64,000 nt of DNA. Source: Malacoraja senta (taxonomy: Eukaryota). The notes below the pieces were generated by a model. The model was not told the origin of the DNA. It saw only the letters and a list, made by a program, of their open reading frames with translations, and did no database searches. A program made the translations under genes and the position numbers. Shown here piece after piece: positions 51,312 to 64,000 of the stretch (the first letter of the stretch is position 1; every line of letters starts with the position of its first letter). The stretch spans positions 4,278,001-4,342,000 of the forward strand of contig CM075977.1 of the NCBI GenBank assembly GCA_038087875.1, written 5' to 3'.

Positions 51312-51587
51312 TTTAGAATTCAGAGCTACAATGTGGAAGCAGGTCCTTCAAGTCCTCACAACCAGCGATCACCTCGTACACTAACTTACACATGCACAGG
51401 GGACAATTTTACCACTTACTGAAGCCAATCACCCTACAGATCTGTACACCTTTGGAGTGTGGGAAGAAACTGGAGCACCCGGAGAAAACCCACACTGTCA
51501 CAAGGAGAACGTACAGACAGCACCCGTAGTCAGCATCAAATCTGGGTCTCTGGTGTTATAACTCTACTGTGATGTCACTGTGCCGCC
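51312..51587 (-). mobile_element. tRNA-derived SINE
   Basis: Reverse complement begins GGGCGGCACAGTG; central domain present. Confidence 0.8.
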
Positions 51588-53867
51588 CTCTGTCCCATCA
51601 TTCAATAAGATCATGGCTAATCTACCCCAAGTATCATCTCCTCTCGGGTGTCAAATTCCTGATCGTGCAGAAGTTTATCCACATCCTCTTTTGATTCTTG
51701 GTTCTTGGTTTCTTGGTCCTCCAAAATATTCCAAATGGAATTTAAACTGGAGGTGGATTAAACAAAATGTTGAAATAGCACCCACAAAGATGTGGAGAAC
51801 TAGGTAAAATTGCACTTGGAGCATCTGCAATGTTCTCACATAATTCCTTAAATTCATGAAATTAAACTTCTCAGCTAGGGATTCATATGATGTAAAATGT
51901 TATTTGATTTGTCAGTTTTGGTCAGAACCTGACCCCAATTCCAAGTTACATCAGTAATACTATTATTTTTAAAAGTGTAATTAAATGAATGTTTTTTCTC
52001 AAACTGTTCTGATCATGTGGATGTGATTGATTGCATAGTCAGCTCTTATTTTTAGTGGCAGTGTTTTGGAGGTTGAGGAGCTGGAACAGGAAACGTGATG
52101 TGTTGCACAAAAGTTAAGTGGGATTTGCTGAGAAAATTCCATACTCATCATCCTTGGCGACTATCATCCAACTTCAGGATTCTGATAATATAGTGCTATA
52201 GTCAGAGTGGAAAAAGTGTTGATTTGGTCACTTATACTGATGATCAGATTGACATTACATTTCCTCGAACTATGCAGGTTATCTCAGAGCAAGATAATTT
52301 TTTTTAATTTAATGTTTTTATAAATGTTTTTATAGAGTATATTTCTGATTTGTTTTGTGAAAAGAAATTATGTATTTTTACATTTTTTAGTGGTTTGTAA
52401 CATCCCTGCCAATTTTTAGAACCTTTTGTTTTGCTATCTGGACATCATTGCCAAGGCCAGCAGTTATTAAATGTTCATCACTAATTTTTGTTTAGAGGGT
52501 GGTGGGGAGTTGTCACCTTGAACCAGTGCTGTCCTTATTAAAGTAGTCGAGTTGTACTGTTGGGTGGGGAATTTAGTAATCAAGACTACATGATAGTTAA
52601 ACACTCAGCAGGTCGGGCAGCAAGAGAAAGTGATAATGTTTCACGGGACTCCATGGCCATTCTAAGTGTAAGAGTGAAAATCTCAAATCAATTTATCAGC
52701 AATGTATGGAAGCTCACTGTACTGATTAAGTACTTAACCAAGCAAAATTATAATTGGAATTGTCAAAGCTCTTGGATGCAGGGTCAATTTGAATTTTGAA
52801 AATGTAGCTTGAATGATTTGTTTGGCACGGGTATGAAGGTGCATGAACAGAAGTGATGAAATAGGTAAGAGGCATTCATGATTTGAATCAATAGCAGACG
52901 TGGATCAAGAAAGCTAACATTCTGTTTCTGGTCACCAAACTAACTTTCCTGACAACTGTATGAAATTGTTCAAATTTTTGCAGCCTTGATGTCTCAATTG
53001 GACAATGTATCCATGCCTTCATTGATGCCATCTCATTCCATCTTGATAATATTGTCCAGATCTACCCTGAACCCAAATAAAACTCAAATTAGGTTTTGTT
53101 ATAGAAAATAGAACAGTGCAACACAGAAAAAGGTCCTCAGCCCACAATGTTTGTGCCGATTATGATAAATGATCTGTCTAAAGGATTCTTAAATGTTACT
53201 TTCCAAACTATGCAGTTTCCCTGGCCGAGTTGTCCAGGTACCTCCCACTCTGGATTTAAAAAAAAGCCCGACACATCTCCTTTAAACTTTGTCCGTCTCA
53301 CGTTAAAGCAATGTCCTCTAGTCTTTGACATTTCCATGCTGGAAAAAAAGTTCTGACAGTCTGCCCTATCCATGCCCTTCATAATTTTTGTACCATCTCC
53401 AAACTTCCTAATTTGCTCATTTACATTTTTGTTCACTGTAGAAACAAGGAGCTTCAGATGCAGGTTTACAAAAAAAGACACAAAGTGCTGGAGTAACTCA
53501 GTCTGAAGAAGGATCCTGAGGTACCTTGTCTGATGCTTTATTAAAGTCCAAATAGGATTCATCCACTATATTGCTCTCATCGATCATCTTTGTCATCTCA
53601 AAAAACTCAATCTCCTGTGCAATATTGGGAATTAAATTGCTCTCATGACATGGGTTTAACCTTATAGATACAAAGTTAAATTGAGGCGCTATCTGTTCTC
53701 CCCATTAAATTCCCCACTTAAAACAAAAATTCCATGGCAGTATTTCCTGGTAGAGGAGGGGGATTCGTATTGGTGGTCAGGTGAAACCCCATTTCTCTAT
53801 TCATTTGACAAAACCAGAATTGTGGAAAAATGTGGATACATTTACTGCAGCGTTTTCTTCTGCTAAT

Positions 53868-54902
53868 TAGCAATGTTACAACATTTTGAGATTTTTAAAA
53901 TAAAGTCTGCAATTTATCTCATCAGATAAAGCATAAAAAGAAGTTTAATTTGACACCTAATTCACTTTCATATCTTCAGTATTAAAGAAGTTATGGCCAT
54001 TTTCATACTCGGAAATTAGCATCTTGTTCCCTATTGCTTTTCCATTGACTTAACACAAAAGCTGTGATCGAGGACAGTTAAAAACCCATAACTTTCTTAA
54101 AAATTAAGAGAACTGAAAGAAATGTTCAGTTATTTTAGATTGAAGCATTCTGAAACAAATATGAAACAATCTTACTTAGAAGACATGAAAGTAAAGCATA
54201 TAATTAGTTAGTTACCTAATTGTAGCTAATTACGAAATTCAATTACTAGATCTAAACATCTATCAATTTCTTAAGAATAGATCAACATTTTTAAATAGCC
54301 TAAGTGTCCAAATAACATTCACATAATAATTCACAATATAACATAATTTTAAAATCTCATTTTCATGAATTTACAGGCCAAATGGAAGGAATTGAATGTT
54401 TAATACCTGTAAATTAATGGGCATTTAAATCATCTTGTGAGTGAGGATTTCTGGAACGCGATCTTTTGGAACGTTCATTTGCGGTGAATTTAACCCCGTA
54501 TCGGCATGAAAAATTCTGCCGTTAGGGGAATAAAATCACCGTTTCGCATGAAAAAATGTGAATTAAAGGCTTCTTAAGAAGCACTTTTATACATTTAAAG
54601 AAACCACTTTCGTTTACCTGTCCCGTGTGTGAAATCCGTCCCCGTTATCGGCGTTGACGCTTCAGGAGCTGCTTTTAAAATTACTCCAGCGCTGACATTG
54701 ACGATTTAATAAAAATAAAAAATTCACAATACGCCCCTAGGAACGATTTTTCAGCAAACGCTTGTACTCCAACGAAATATAATTCAGGACAAGGGAGGAG
54801 AAACCGCGTTTTAACCCCGCCCCCCTTAAAGGCGCCAAAATCGCGCACACGGCCAGTGGCAGAATTACAGCGCGACTGAAGGTAAGTTTTGTAACATACC
54901 TA
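53868..54902. mobile_element. Unclassified non-autonomous DNA-transposon-like element with imperfect TIRs
   Basis: TAGCAATGTTACAACATTT versus reverse complement of right end TAGGTATGTTACAAAACTT (15/19 identical). Confidence 0.55.
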
Positions 54903-54957
54903 TGCTAATGGCCACACTTGGAAGATGTTTTAGACACATGGAGGCTTTCTAACACTT

Positions 54958-56760
54958 ATAGAGTCATACAGCGTGGAAACAGGCCCCTCGTCCCAATGCC
55001 CACGATGACCAACATGCCCCGTCTTAACTAGTCCCATCTGCCTGCTTTTGGCCCATATCCCTCTAAACCTATCCTATCCACTGCAGAGAAAATGCTGGGA
55101 ACTATAGCTGCAGGGAATATGCTGGGAACTATAGGCTGGTGAGCTTAACATCAGGAGTTGGGAAGTTACTATAGAGTATGCTGAGGGATAGGTCATACAG
55201 GCATTTGGATGGGCAAGGGCTGATTAGGGATAGTCAGCATGGTTTTGTACGTGTACTTTTTGTCATCTACATCAATGATTTGGATGAGAACATACAGGGC
55301 AAGATAAGCAAGTTTGCTTATGATACAAAAGTGAGTGGTTCTGCAGATAGTGAAGATGGTTGTGAAAGATTGCAGCAGGATGTGGATTAATTGGCCAGGT
55401 GGGTGGAGGAATTGTTGATGGAATTTAATACAGAGAAGTTTGAGGTGTTGTATTTTGAGACAGCTAACAAGGGCAGGACCTATACAGTAAATAGTAGGCC
55501 TCTGGGGATTGTTGCAGAGCAGAGGGATCCAGGAGTGCAGGTGCATGGTTCCTTGAAGGTCGAGTTGCAGGTAGATAAGGTGGTCAAAAAGACTTTTGGC
55601 TCATTGCCTTCATTAGTCAGAGTATTGAATGTAGAAGTTGGGAGGTCATGTTGCAGTTGTATAAGACATTGGTGTGACTGCATTTAGAATATTGTGCTCA
55701 GTTCTGGGCACCATGTTATAGGAAAGATATTGTCAAGTTTGAAAGGGTTCAGAAAAGATTTACGAGGATGTTGCCAGGACAAGAGTGTGTGAGCTATAGG
55801 GAGAGGTTGAGTAGGTTGGGTCTCTATTCCTTGGAGGGCAGGAGGATGAGGGGTGATCTAAAAGAGGTGTACAAAATCATGAGGGGAATAGATCGGATAG
55901 ATGTACAGAATCTCTTGTCCAGAGGAGGTGAATCGAGGACCAGAGGACATAGGTTCAAGGTGAAGGGGAAAAGATTTAATGGGAATCCGAGGGGTAACTT
56001 TTTCACAAAAAGTGTGGTGGGTGCATGGAACAAGCTACCAGAGGAGGTAGTTGAGGCTGGGACTATCCCATCCTTTAAGAAACAGTTAGACAGGTACATG
56101 GATAGGACAGGTTTGGAGGGATATAGACCAAGCGCAGGCAGGTGGGGACTAGTGTAGCTGGGACATGTTGGCCTGTATGGGCAAGTTGGGCTGAAGGGCC
56201 TGTGTCCACTCTATCACTATAAACTCTATCACTATAACTCTATCCAAGTTCCTATCTAAATGTCTCTTAAACACTATGATCGTACCCACCTCAACTACAT
56301 TCTCTGGCATCTCGTTCCAAAAAAAAAGTTACCCCTCAGGTTCCCATAAAATCTTTTCCCCCTCACCATAAACCAATGTCCTCTGGTTCTTGATTCCCCT
56401 AGTCTGGGCAAAATACTACATTTATCCTATTCCTCTCATGATTTTGTACACCTGTATAAGATTACCCTTCATCTTCTTGTGCTTCAAGAAATAAAGTCCT
56501 AGTCTGCTCAACCTCTCCCTATAGCTCAGGCCTTTGAGTCCTGGCAACATCCTCGTAAATCTTCTCTGCAACTTTTCCAGCTTGTTAACATATAAACTGA
56601 ACAGAATACTCTAAATGAGGCCTCACCATGTCTTATACAACTGCAACATGACCTCCCACCTTCTACATTCAATGCTTTTTGACCACCCAAGGTACCTGTT
56701 TTCATCCCTCTGCTTCCATAGGTCAACAACAAATTCTCTTGTTGATGTTTAGGGCATCCT
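54958..56760. mobile_element. Plus-strand CR1 (~55081-56245) inserted into a related minus-strand CR1
   Basis: Minus-strand copy breaks at ctatcca (~55080) and resumes after ctatcca (~56246). Confidence 0.8.
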
Positions 56761-56799
56761 GATTTCAAGTCTTTCTTTATCTCCTTCCTGTAATACTTT

Positions 56800-57725
56800 T
56801 CATTGACAACTGCATTGGGGCAACCTCCTACACCCGTGCAGAACTTATGGACCATTAATTTTACAAATTTTCATCCTGCACTCAAATTCACTGGGACCAT
56901 CTCCCTACCTTTTCTTGATCTCACCATCTCCATCACAGTAACGAGATTATCAACTGACGTCTTTTATAAACCTAATGACTCCCACAGTTATCTGGGTTAC
57001 ACTTCTTCCCACCCTGTCTCCTGCAAAGACTCTATCCCCTACTCCCAATTCCTTTGTCTACGCCGCATCTTTGCCCTCGATTAGGTGTTTCGTACCTGGC
57101 CTCATCTTTAGGGAATGGGGGATCCCCTCTTCCATCATAGACAAGGCCCTCACAAGAGTCCCTCGGTATCCCGCAGCTCCACTCTTGTTCCCCCCTCCCC
57201 CCAGTCGCAACAGGGATATCGCCTCACCTTTCACCCCATCAGCATTCGCATACCGCACTTAATTCTCCAACATTTTCGCAACCTCTAAAGGGATCGCACC
57301 ACTAGCCACATCTTCCATCTCTACCCCTTTCCGCTTTCCCCAGAGACCGTTCCCTCCGCAACTTCCTGGTTAATTCATCCCTTCCCACCCAAACTACCCC
57401 CTCCCCAGGTACTTTCCCCTGCAACCACAGGAGATGCAACACCTGTCTGAAGAAGGGTCTCGACCTGAAACGTCGACCATTCCTTCTTTCCATAGATGCT
57501 GCCTCACCTGCTGAGTTACTCCAGCATTTTGTGTCTACCTTCGATTTTACCAGCATCTGCAGTTCTTTCTTACACAACATCTGTACCTATACCTCCTCCC
57601 TTGACTCCGTCCAAGGACCCCGACAGTCCTTTCAGGTGAGGCAGAAGATCACACAAGGACCCCAACATTCCTTTCAGGTGAGGCAGAGGTTCACTTGCAC
57701 CTCCTCCAACCTCATCTACTGCTAC
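56800..57725 (+). mobile_element. Penelope-like element ORF fragment (RT C-terminus/linker to GIY-YIG)
   Basis: LPFLDLTISI..STDVFYKPNDSHSYL..SSHP..KDSIPYSQFL; QRFTCTSSNLIYC. Confidence 0.9.
57447..57474 (+). ncRNA. Minimal type-I hammerhead ribozyme core, best-preserved copy, in a 128-bp insertion (57447-57574)
   Basis: CTGAAGA-A-GGGT[CTCG]ACCT-GAAA-CGTC: conserved core bases, stem II with one G-U pair, palindromic ACGT stem III, GUC cleavage triplet; near-TSD CAACACCTGT/CAACATCTGT. Confidence 0.7.
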
Positions 57726-57789
57726 AAATGGCCTTGTGAAGGATGGAGTCCATAATGGCCCGTTGTTGCCTGGGGAAGATGTGCTAACG

Positions 57790-58015
57790 ATAGGGATAGA
57801 AGAGTGGAACTAAGTGAATGACTCTGGGGGGGGGGGGGGGGGAACTAAGTGAATGACTCCGAGGGGGGGGGGGAAAGAATGCACGAGTGACTTGAAATTA
57901 GAGAAATCAATGTTCGTCCTGCCGTGCTGTAAGCTGCCCAAGTGACATATGAGGTGCTGTTCCTCTAATTTGCTTGTGGCCTCACTCTGATAGTGGAAGA
58001 AGGTAAACAGTAGAC
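57790..58015 (-). mobile_element. Penelope-like 3' fragment
   Basis: QSEATSKLEEQHLICHLGSLQ..NIDFSNFK. Confidence 0.75.
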
Positions 58016-58119
58016 AGGCAATGTTTAGGTCCTTCGATAGGGGTGGGGGATGAGGCTTTGAGGCAGATGTCACACCTATAATTGTAAAAGAAAAGTGCTG
58101 GGGAATTGGGTGGAGTGGG

Positions 58120-58340
58120 TGAGTAAGAATGCGGAATTCTCTGCCACAGAAGGCAGTGGAGGCCAATTCACTGGATGTTTTCAAGAGAGAGATTTAGCTA
58201 TTAGGGCTAATGGAATCAAGGGATATGGGGAAAAAGCTGGAATGGGCTACTGGTTTTGGATAATCAGCCATGATCGTATTGAATGGCGGTGCTGGCTCGA
58301 AGGGTCGAATGGCCTACCCCTGCATCTACTTTCTGTGTTT
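58120..58340 (+). mobile_element. CR1 3' end
   Basis: ggaattctctgccacagaaggcagtggagg..gctggctcgaaggg. Confidence 0.82.
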
Positions 58341-59002
58341 AACAAACTAGGGAGTCATGGATAGAAGTCTAAACAGAAAGAGGTGGAAGGGGAAGGTGTG
58401 ATTGGTGGAAGAGAAATTGATATTTTGGATTTAGTCGTGTTTAGAAATTGATTAATTTAAAAAAGGGGGCCTGCCAGTATGGAGATTAATTCAATCGCAA
58501 TTTCAAGAGTTTAAAGAAAAAGCCTTTTAAGGAAAAGAAAAAAAAGGCTATTGTGGTATTTTGGGATACATTGTCATCAGACATTTGGAATGCTGAGGTT
58601 ATCACATGATACACTTGACCTGTGTTTAGTTATTCAAATAGATATATCCTTGACCTTGCTCAATCAAGCAGAATCAACCTAAGGCTATCACAAAGAAAAA
58701 ACAGCATGAGTATCCAGTCCTCCATGATTTCAGTAAGCGACGATGGAATGTGTGCTAGATTCGGGCAGTGAAATTAAACATTTGCATAATGCTGCCTCGG
58801 AAATTGTCCATTGACTTACTGGGAAGGGATCATAGTTCGGATGAGATGATTCTGGCTGCAAAGAAGCTGTACAGCCAGAAAAGGTCAGCTGTTGAATGAA
58901 ATGGAGGGTGTTGAGCTGGAAGGATAAGTAACGTGGCAGGCCTGCATTTGCTCTATTATATGAACAAGTATCACACACGCACACACGCCCGCCCGCCTTG
59001 GG

Positions 59003-59222
59003 GTGTGGTAGGAAACCGGAGATCCCAGTGAAAACCCACGCTGGTCACAGGGACAAAGTACTCATTCCGCACATACTAGTGTGGTAGGAAACCAGAGATC
59101 CCAGAGAAAACCCACGCTGGTCACAGGGACAAAGTACTCATTCCGCACATACTAGCACCTGTTGTCGGGGTCAAACCCGGGTCTCTGGTGCGGTGAGGCA
59201 GTAACTTTACCGCTGCCCCACC
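59003..59222 (-). mobile_element. Partial tRNA-SINE with an internal 76-bp tandem duplication (59003-59154)
   Basis: gtgtggtaggaaacc..gcacatacta repeated at 59003 and 59079. Confidence 0.8.
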
Positions 59223-59379
59223 GTTCTGTCCGTGTACATGCAAAACGAGAGGAAGACACTGACACTCCTATTTTTAGTGAAGCCAGGCTATTTTTGGTAG
59301 AGCCAAATATATCTGATGATTGGAAAGGGAGTGAATGAATTATGAAAATATCATAGGGGAAATATTGCAAGGTATCATT

Positions 59380-59895
59380 GCAGAAGGTACATCATGCCCT
59401 GTTACGTGAATTCCAACGCAAGAGGCTGTAGGAGTGGTGGACTCAACCTGGTGCATCACAGGCACAGACCTCCCCACTATCAAAAATACATGCATGAGGT
59501 GCTGCCTCAAGAAAGTGGTACCAATCATCAAGGATCCTCAACATCCACTTATCCACTTTATGCTGTTACCATCGGGCAAGAGGTACAGAAGCCTGAAGTT
59601 CGACACCACCAGCCTCAGGAGCAGCTTCTTTCCTACATCCATAGGTTCTTGAACGATCTGCACAACCTTGATCCTACCTCAGCAAATTAACTCTGTAGAT
59701 CAGCTTTTCCAATTTTGTATTTTTGCACTTGTATCTTTTTTTTGCAGTCTTTTTCTTTTCACTTGTAGAATTTATGTCTAAAATGTTTTTTGTGTGGTTT
59801 GAGTCAATGCTCCTGTGATGCCGAGGCAAGGAAGATTTTCATTTTACTTAACAGTACCTCACTGTACTAGTGCATATGATAATAAACTCCACTTG
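59380..59895 (+). mobile_element. Rex1/Babar 3' fragment
   Basis: IIKDPQHP..LLPSGKRYRSL..LRSSFFP; tail gataataaac. Confidence 0.8.
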
Positions 59896-60770
59896 ACTTT
59901 TCAATTCAATTCAATTTTATTTGTCTTTTTGGGACAAATTTGTCATTTGGACCCCTTGAGGTCCAAACGAAATGTCGTTTCTGCAGCCATACAATACAAA
60001 ACGAAGAAGACCCGAGACACAACACAATTTACACATACATCCATCACAACGCTGTGATGGAAGGCAAAAATAACGTATCTCTCCACTGCACCCCCCCCCC
60101 CCCCCGATGTCAGAGTCAAAGTCAAAGCCCCCGGCGGGCGATGGTGATTATCCCGCGGCCATTAATGCCACGCCGGGTGATGCAAGGTCGCGCACCGGGT
60201 CTTGGTGTTAGAGCCCCGGCGCTCGCTCGCAAACTCCCGCGGCCATTCCAAGCCGCGCGGGGGGATAAAGCCCTGCTCCAGGTGCTCTTCAACCCCGCAA
60301 CTCGGGCGGGAGAAGTCGCCGCTGCAGAAGCCCCGAAAAGCGATCTCCCACCAGGGGACCCGCGGGCTTCCAGTGTTGCCGTCCGCCAGACCCGCGGTTG
60401 TAGCCTCCGAATCTCCGGCGGTCGGGTCGCAGCAGCGATTGTCTCCACCACAGCTCCACCCGCTCCGGACTCGGCCAGCCCCGCGACGGTGAGTAGTCCG
60501 CAGCTCCGCAACTGGAGCCCCAGGTCGTTCCTGCTGGAGGCCGCTCCACGTTGCCCAGCCCCAACGACAACGGAGACCCGACAAAGAAAAGGTCGGGTCT
60601 CCCGTGCAGGGGAAAGATTTCAAAGTTTCCCCCCCCACCCCCACCCCCACCCCCCCACACACATACCCCGACAAAAAAAACAAAAAAAAACTACATAAAA
60701 ACGAGACAAAAATAATAAAAAGACAGACGGACTGCAGAGGCCGCTGCAACGAAAAGTCGCGCCGCCCACT
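59895..60770 (-). mobile_element. Unclassified GC-rich non-coding retroposon, copy 2
   Basis: Minus-strand tail AATAAA..(ATTGA)n; ends and hairpins shared with 22905-23590. Confidence 0.65.
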
Positions 60771-60859
60771 GTCATCTGACTTGACCTGACATTCGCGGCA
60801 CACGTGGGAAACTTTAAGGTGATCAGGCCAAGTCAATGTACTTATTTGATAGCAAAATC

Positions 60860-61800
60860 ATGGATGGGAGATGGATTGTGTAAAGTGAAACCAAAATGAT
60901 GTATAAGTGAGTATTTTTCCAGTTGGTAAGGCAAAACGTGTGACGAGGGCTAGTCCCTTGGTATCAATATGTTTTGTAAATGATTGAGATGAATGTGAAT
61001 TTGATTTCTGATTTTGCCGTTAATCCAAAGATTGGGAGGAAAGTAAATTGAAAAGTGGCAATAAGGAGGCAACAAAAGGGTGCATATTGGCTAAGGAATG
61101 GGCAAAGATCTGGCTAATAGCGTATAATGTAAGAAAATATGAAATTGTCTATTCTGGCAGGAAGTATAAGAGCATCGATGTTCTTGGTGAGAATTTATAT
61201 GATGAGATGGTGAAGAATTCTTAGAAATCTAGTATGGCGGGCACAGCAAGCGTTGGGAATGCTAATGGTCTTTTCATTTAATGCGTGGGGAATTGAATAC
61301 AAAAGTAGCAAGGTAAGCATCCATCATATGGATGAAAACCTACTTGGTGTAAAGTGTAGCATATGGTTGTGTTATTTCAGAAATATTGTTAATGTGCTGT
61401 AACCATTTTGGGAAGGTTTACAAGACCAATGGATGGATTATCTATTGAGAAATGATTGGAGATGGTCAGATTGAGTAGGCTTGGTGGGGCGGATGTAGAT
61501 TTAGGTGTCACTGTATAAAACTAGGTTGCCATTAAATACAGAGAATGAGATGAAGTTGATCTGAGGGTCATGAGTTTTTGTAAATCTCATACCCAAGAGG
61601 ATTAGAGTTTAATCTTTGATTATTTTTAAGTGTGAAGGAGATAGATTATTGATAAGCAAGGGAGTAAAAGATTACCATGGATAGATGCGAATGGGCAGTG
61701 GAGGTTACAATTAGATCACCAATGAACTTATTAAATGACATACCTAAAGAGGTGAGAGGCCTACTCCTGTTCTTAATTTGGATATTTATACATGCATCTG
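60860..61800 (+). mobile_element. Highly decayed CR1 ORF2 3' portion
   Basis: Residual blocks (tataatgtaagaaaatatgaa; gaatacaaaagtagcaagg; ggcctactcctgttct). Confidence 0.6.
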
Positions 61801-62719
61801 TTCACATGGAGATGACACAACATTCATCTCCTGTTGTGTCAAATCAGCAGTGAGACTATGAATAACTCTGCCATTGCACTTTTGCTTTTATTGATCTGTT
61901 AGTGGCCTCTGATAGATTGTCGTATTTACATTTTAATTAGCTCCAAAAGGAGAAAGATTGGAAGTGTAATATTCTCTGCCACTGTAGATGTACTATTCAA
62001 TAGGTGGGCTGCAGAATATTCAAAGCAGATGGGTAACTTAAAGGAGGTTGTTGGCAAGTTAATGAAACAAAGTGCAATATTACGAGTTGGATTATGCAAT
62101 GAATGTTTGATGAAAAAAGGTAAATCTTTTGATCTCTGTGCAGTTTAACGTGGTGTTCTAGTCAAAATTGTTCTTTTTTCAGCCTGTATCTAACACCATT
62201 TTTTTGATCATCACATTGCCAAGTTCAATGACATGGTGGCAGGCTAAACGTCCCATCCTCCGATGGGCCCAGTGGTTGTGCTCTCCAAGTAAAATTATGT
62301 GCCACATAAATTCAGTGCATCCGAGCGCAATTCTCCCATCAGTCTGTCAAGACATGTTATGCTAATGGAAACAATCTTGGAAGCAGAGTTCTTTCATCAG
62401 CTGTGTTAGTTTTTCTTTCCAATCAAATCATCAGTACTGCTGAGAGGCCAACTCACTTTATAAGATAGGTTTATTGAAACAATACTTTATCATTCTAATT
62501 TGTGATACTGTTTTCAACATCCTGGACTAAAATTGGAAAATTAATAAGATATATTCTACAGAATCAAACCTTAAATTTACCTGCTATTGCCTTGATGAAT
62601 TGGAATCAACAATTGGTAGACAAAAATCAAGTTGAAAAGATTGGAAGAGATTTCTCTGGTAGAAACATAAAAAAAATTGAGAGTATAGAATTAATATACT
62701 TGGGAAAAGAAGCATGGAT

Positions 62720-63175
62720 CACAAGTTATATGAGTAGAATTAGGCTATTCGGCCCATCGGGTCTACTCTGCCATTCAATCATGGCTGATCTCTGCTAATC
62801 CCATTTTCCTGCCTTCTCTCCATACCTCTTGACACCCGTTCTGATCAAGAATTTGTCTATCTCTGCCTTAAAAATATCCACTGACTTGGCCTCCACAGCT
62901 CTCTGGCAATGAGTTCCACAGATTAACTATCCTCTGACTAAAGAAGTTCTTCCTCACCTCCTTTCTAAAAGAGCACCATTTAATTCTGAGGCTGTGACCT
63001 CTGGCCCAAGACTCTCCCACCAGTAGAAACAACCTTTCCAAGTCCACTCTATGCCTTTTATTATCCTGTAAGTTTCAATGAGGTCCCCCCCTCATCCTAA
63101 ACTCCAGCGAGTAGAGGCCCAGTGCTGTCTTATGCTCATCATATGTTACCCCACTTATTCCTGGAATCATTCCAT
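62720..63175 (-). mobile_element. CR1 3' fragment
   Basis: Reverse complement of CR1 ORF2 C-terminus and UTR. Confidence 0.82.
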
Positions 63176-64000
63176 AACCTAAATGACTTCATACTTGTAC
63201 TTCATTACCCAACGTATCGGAGCAGTCAAATTAATTTCTAGGACGGAATTGGATAACTGATGGGAGTTATCTTTAACAGACTGGGGAAAGAATTAGATCT
63301 GTGTAGTTATTAGTTTCACATTACTCAATGGGTTAAATAGCTCCCACTGTTGGTATATCAATTTACCAGTAGCTTTCATCTGATACAACTGTGACCTAAT
63401 TTCCTGCATGAAATAATTGTGCACTATCATTACCACAGAAAAGTCACACCGACTATTTTATTGAATAGATTACCCTCAAGTGTTTTAATTGGAAGGAACT
63501 ATGTTAGGATTCCAGTAAAGAACGAAGCTATCACATTATGTGTTTTGTTTTGAAAGGGATGATCATTTTTGGTGAAAGTTTAAGGAATTTATGGTGCACT
63601 GCTGAAACTCAAGATGCTGGACTATATATGTATACAATGAGTCTTTGTAATAGATGTGAATAAGATTCTTGAAAGGTTCCCCTTGTGCCCCAAATTAATT
63701 TATTGGACAAATGTGACATTTCCAGCTTTTTTGCTGAAAGTTTGAGAACAATATTAAGTGGGATAGCTCTTGCACAGGATAAATGATAAATCCCTAAAGA
63801 ATTGGCAAGTGATTGAAAGAACTTTTGTCAAGATGGAGTTCTATCGATTTCTCTGTTCTGAGTGATACTGGTCGAAGAGGGTGTAAATTGAACACCAAGG
63901 CAGAGGTATCATTCAACCGATCCACTTTTTATGGGAATTTTCTTGAGCTTCTTCATCAATGCTGAAGTCATATCAATCTTGGTAAAGCACTGGTATTGCA

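Noticed and set aside
59940-60836. Overlapping 120-250 aa ORFs on both strands
   Set aside because: Expected from stop-codon scarcity in a GC-rich repeat; no domain motifs.
62168-62365. Trp-rich ORF (TWWQAKRPILRWAQWL) after an acceptor-like AG, superficially like the next KANSL1 exon
   Set aside because: Needs several gaps to align, and the acceptor at 62182 gives phase 0, incompatible with the phase-2 donor at 36486.

Overview
Repeat-dense vertebrate genomic DNA, most likely from a cartilaginous fish such as a skate or ray (inferred from HE1/V-SINE-type SINEs, HER1-like CR1 LINEs and a DeuSINE-like copy). The only host protein-coding segment I can support is a ~1.7-kb first coding exon of a divergent KANSL1-family (NSL complex) gene at 34790-36486, in a CpG island, followed by a long intron with no recognisable next exon in the window. 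A second CpG promoter at ~2.95-3.2 kb carries a ZNF143/ACTACA motif and appears to drive short non-coding exons. The rest is layered transposons: one near-full-length CR1 (4.5-8.6 kb), many truncated CR1s, Rex1/Babar, RTE, Penelope-like elements (PLEs), tRNA-derived SINEs and two DNA-transposon-like elements. The most notable signals are (1) many PLE terminal repeats carrying a minimal type-I hammerhead ribozyme motif, several as 59-158 bp stand-alone insertions with their own target-site duplications, and (2) an unclassified GC-rich non-coding retroposon family whose two copies conserve hairpins but not internal sequence. All calls are by eye; repeat boundaries are approximate.
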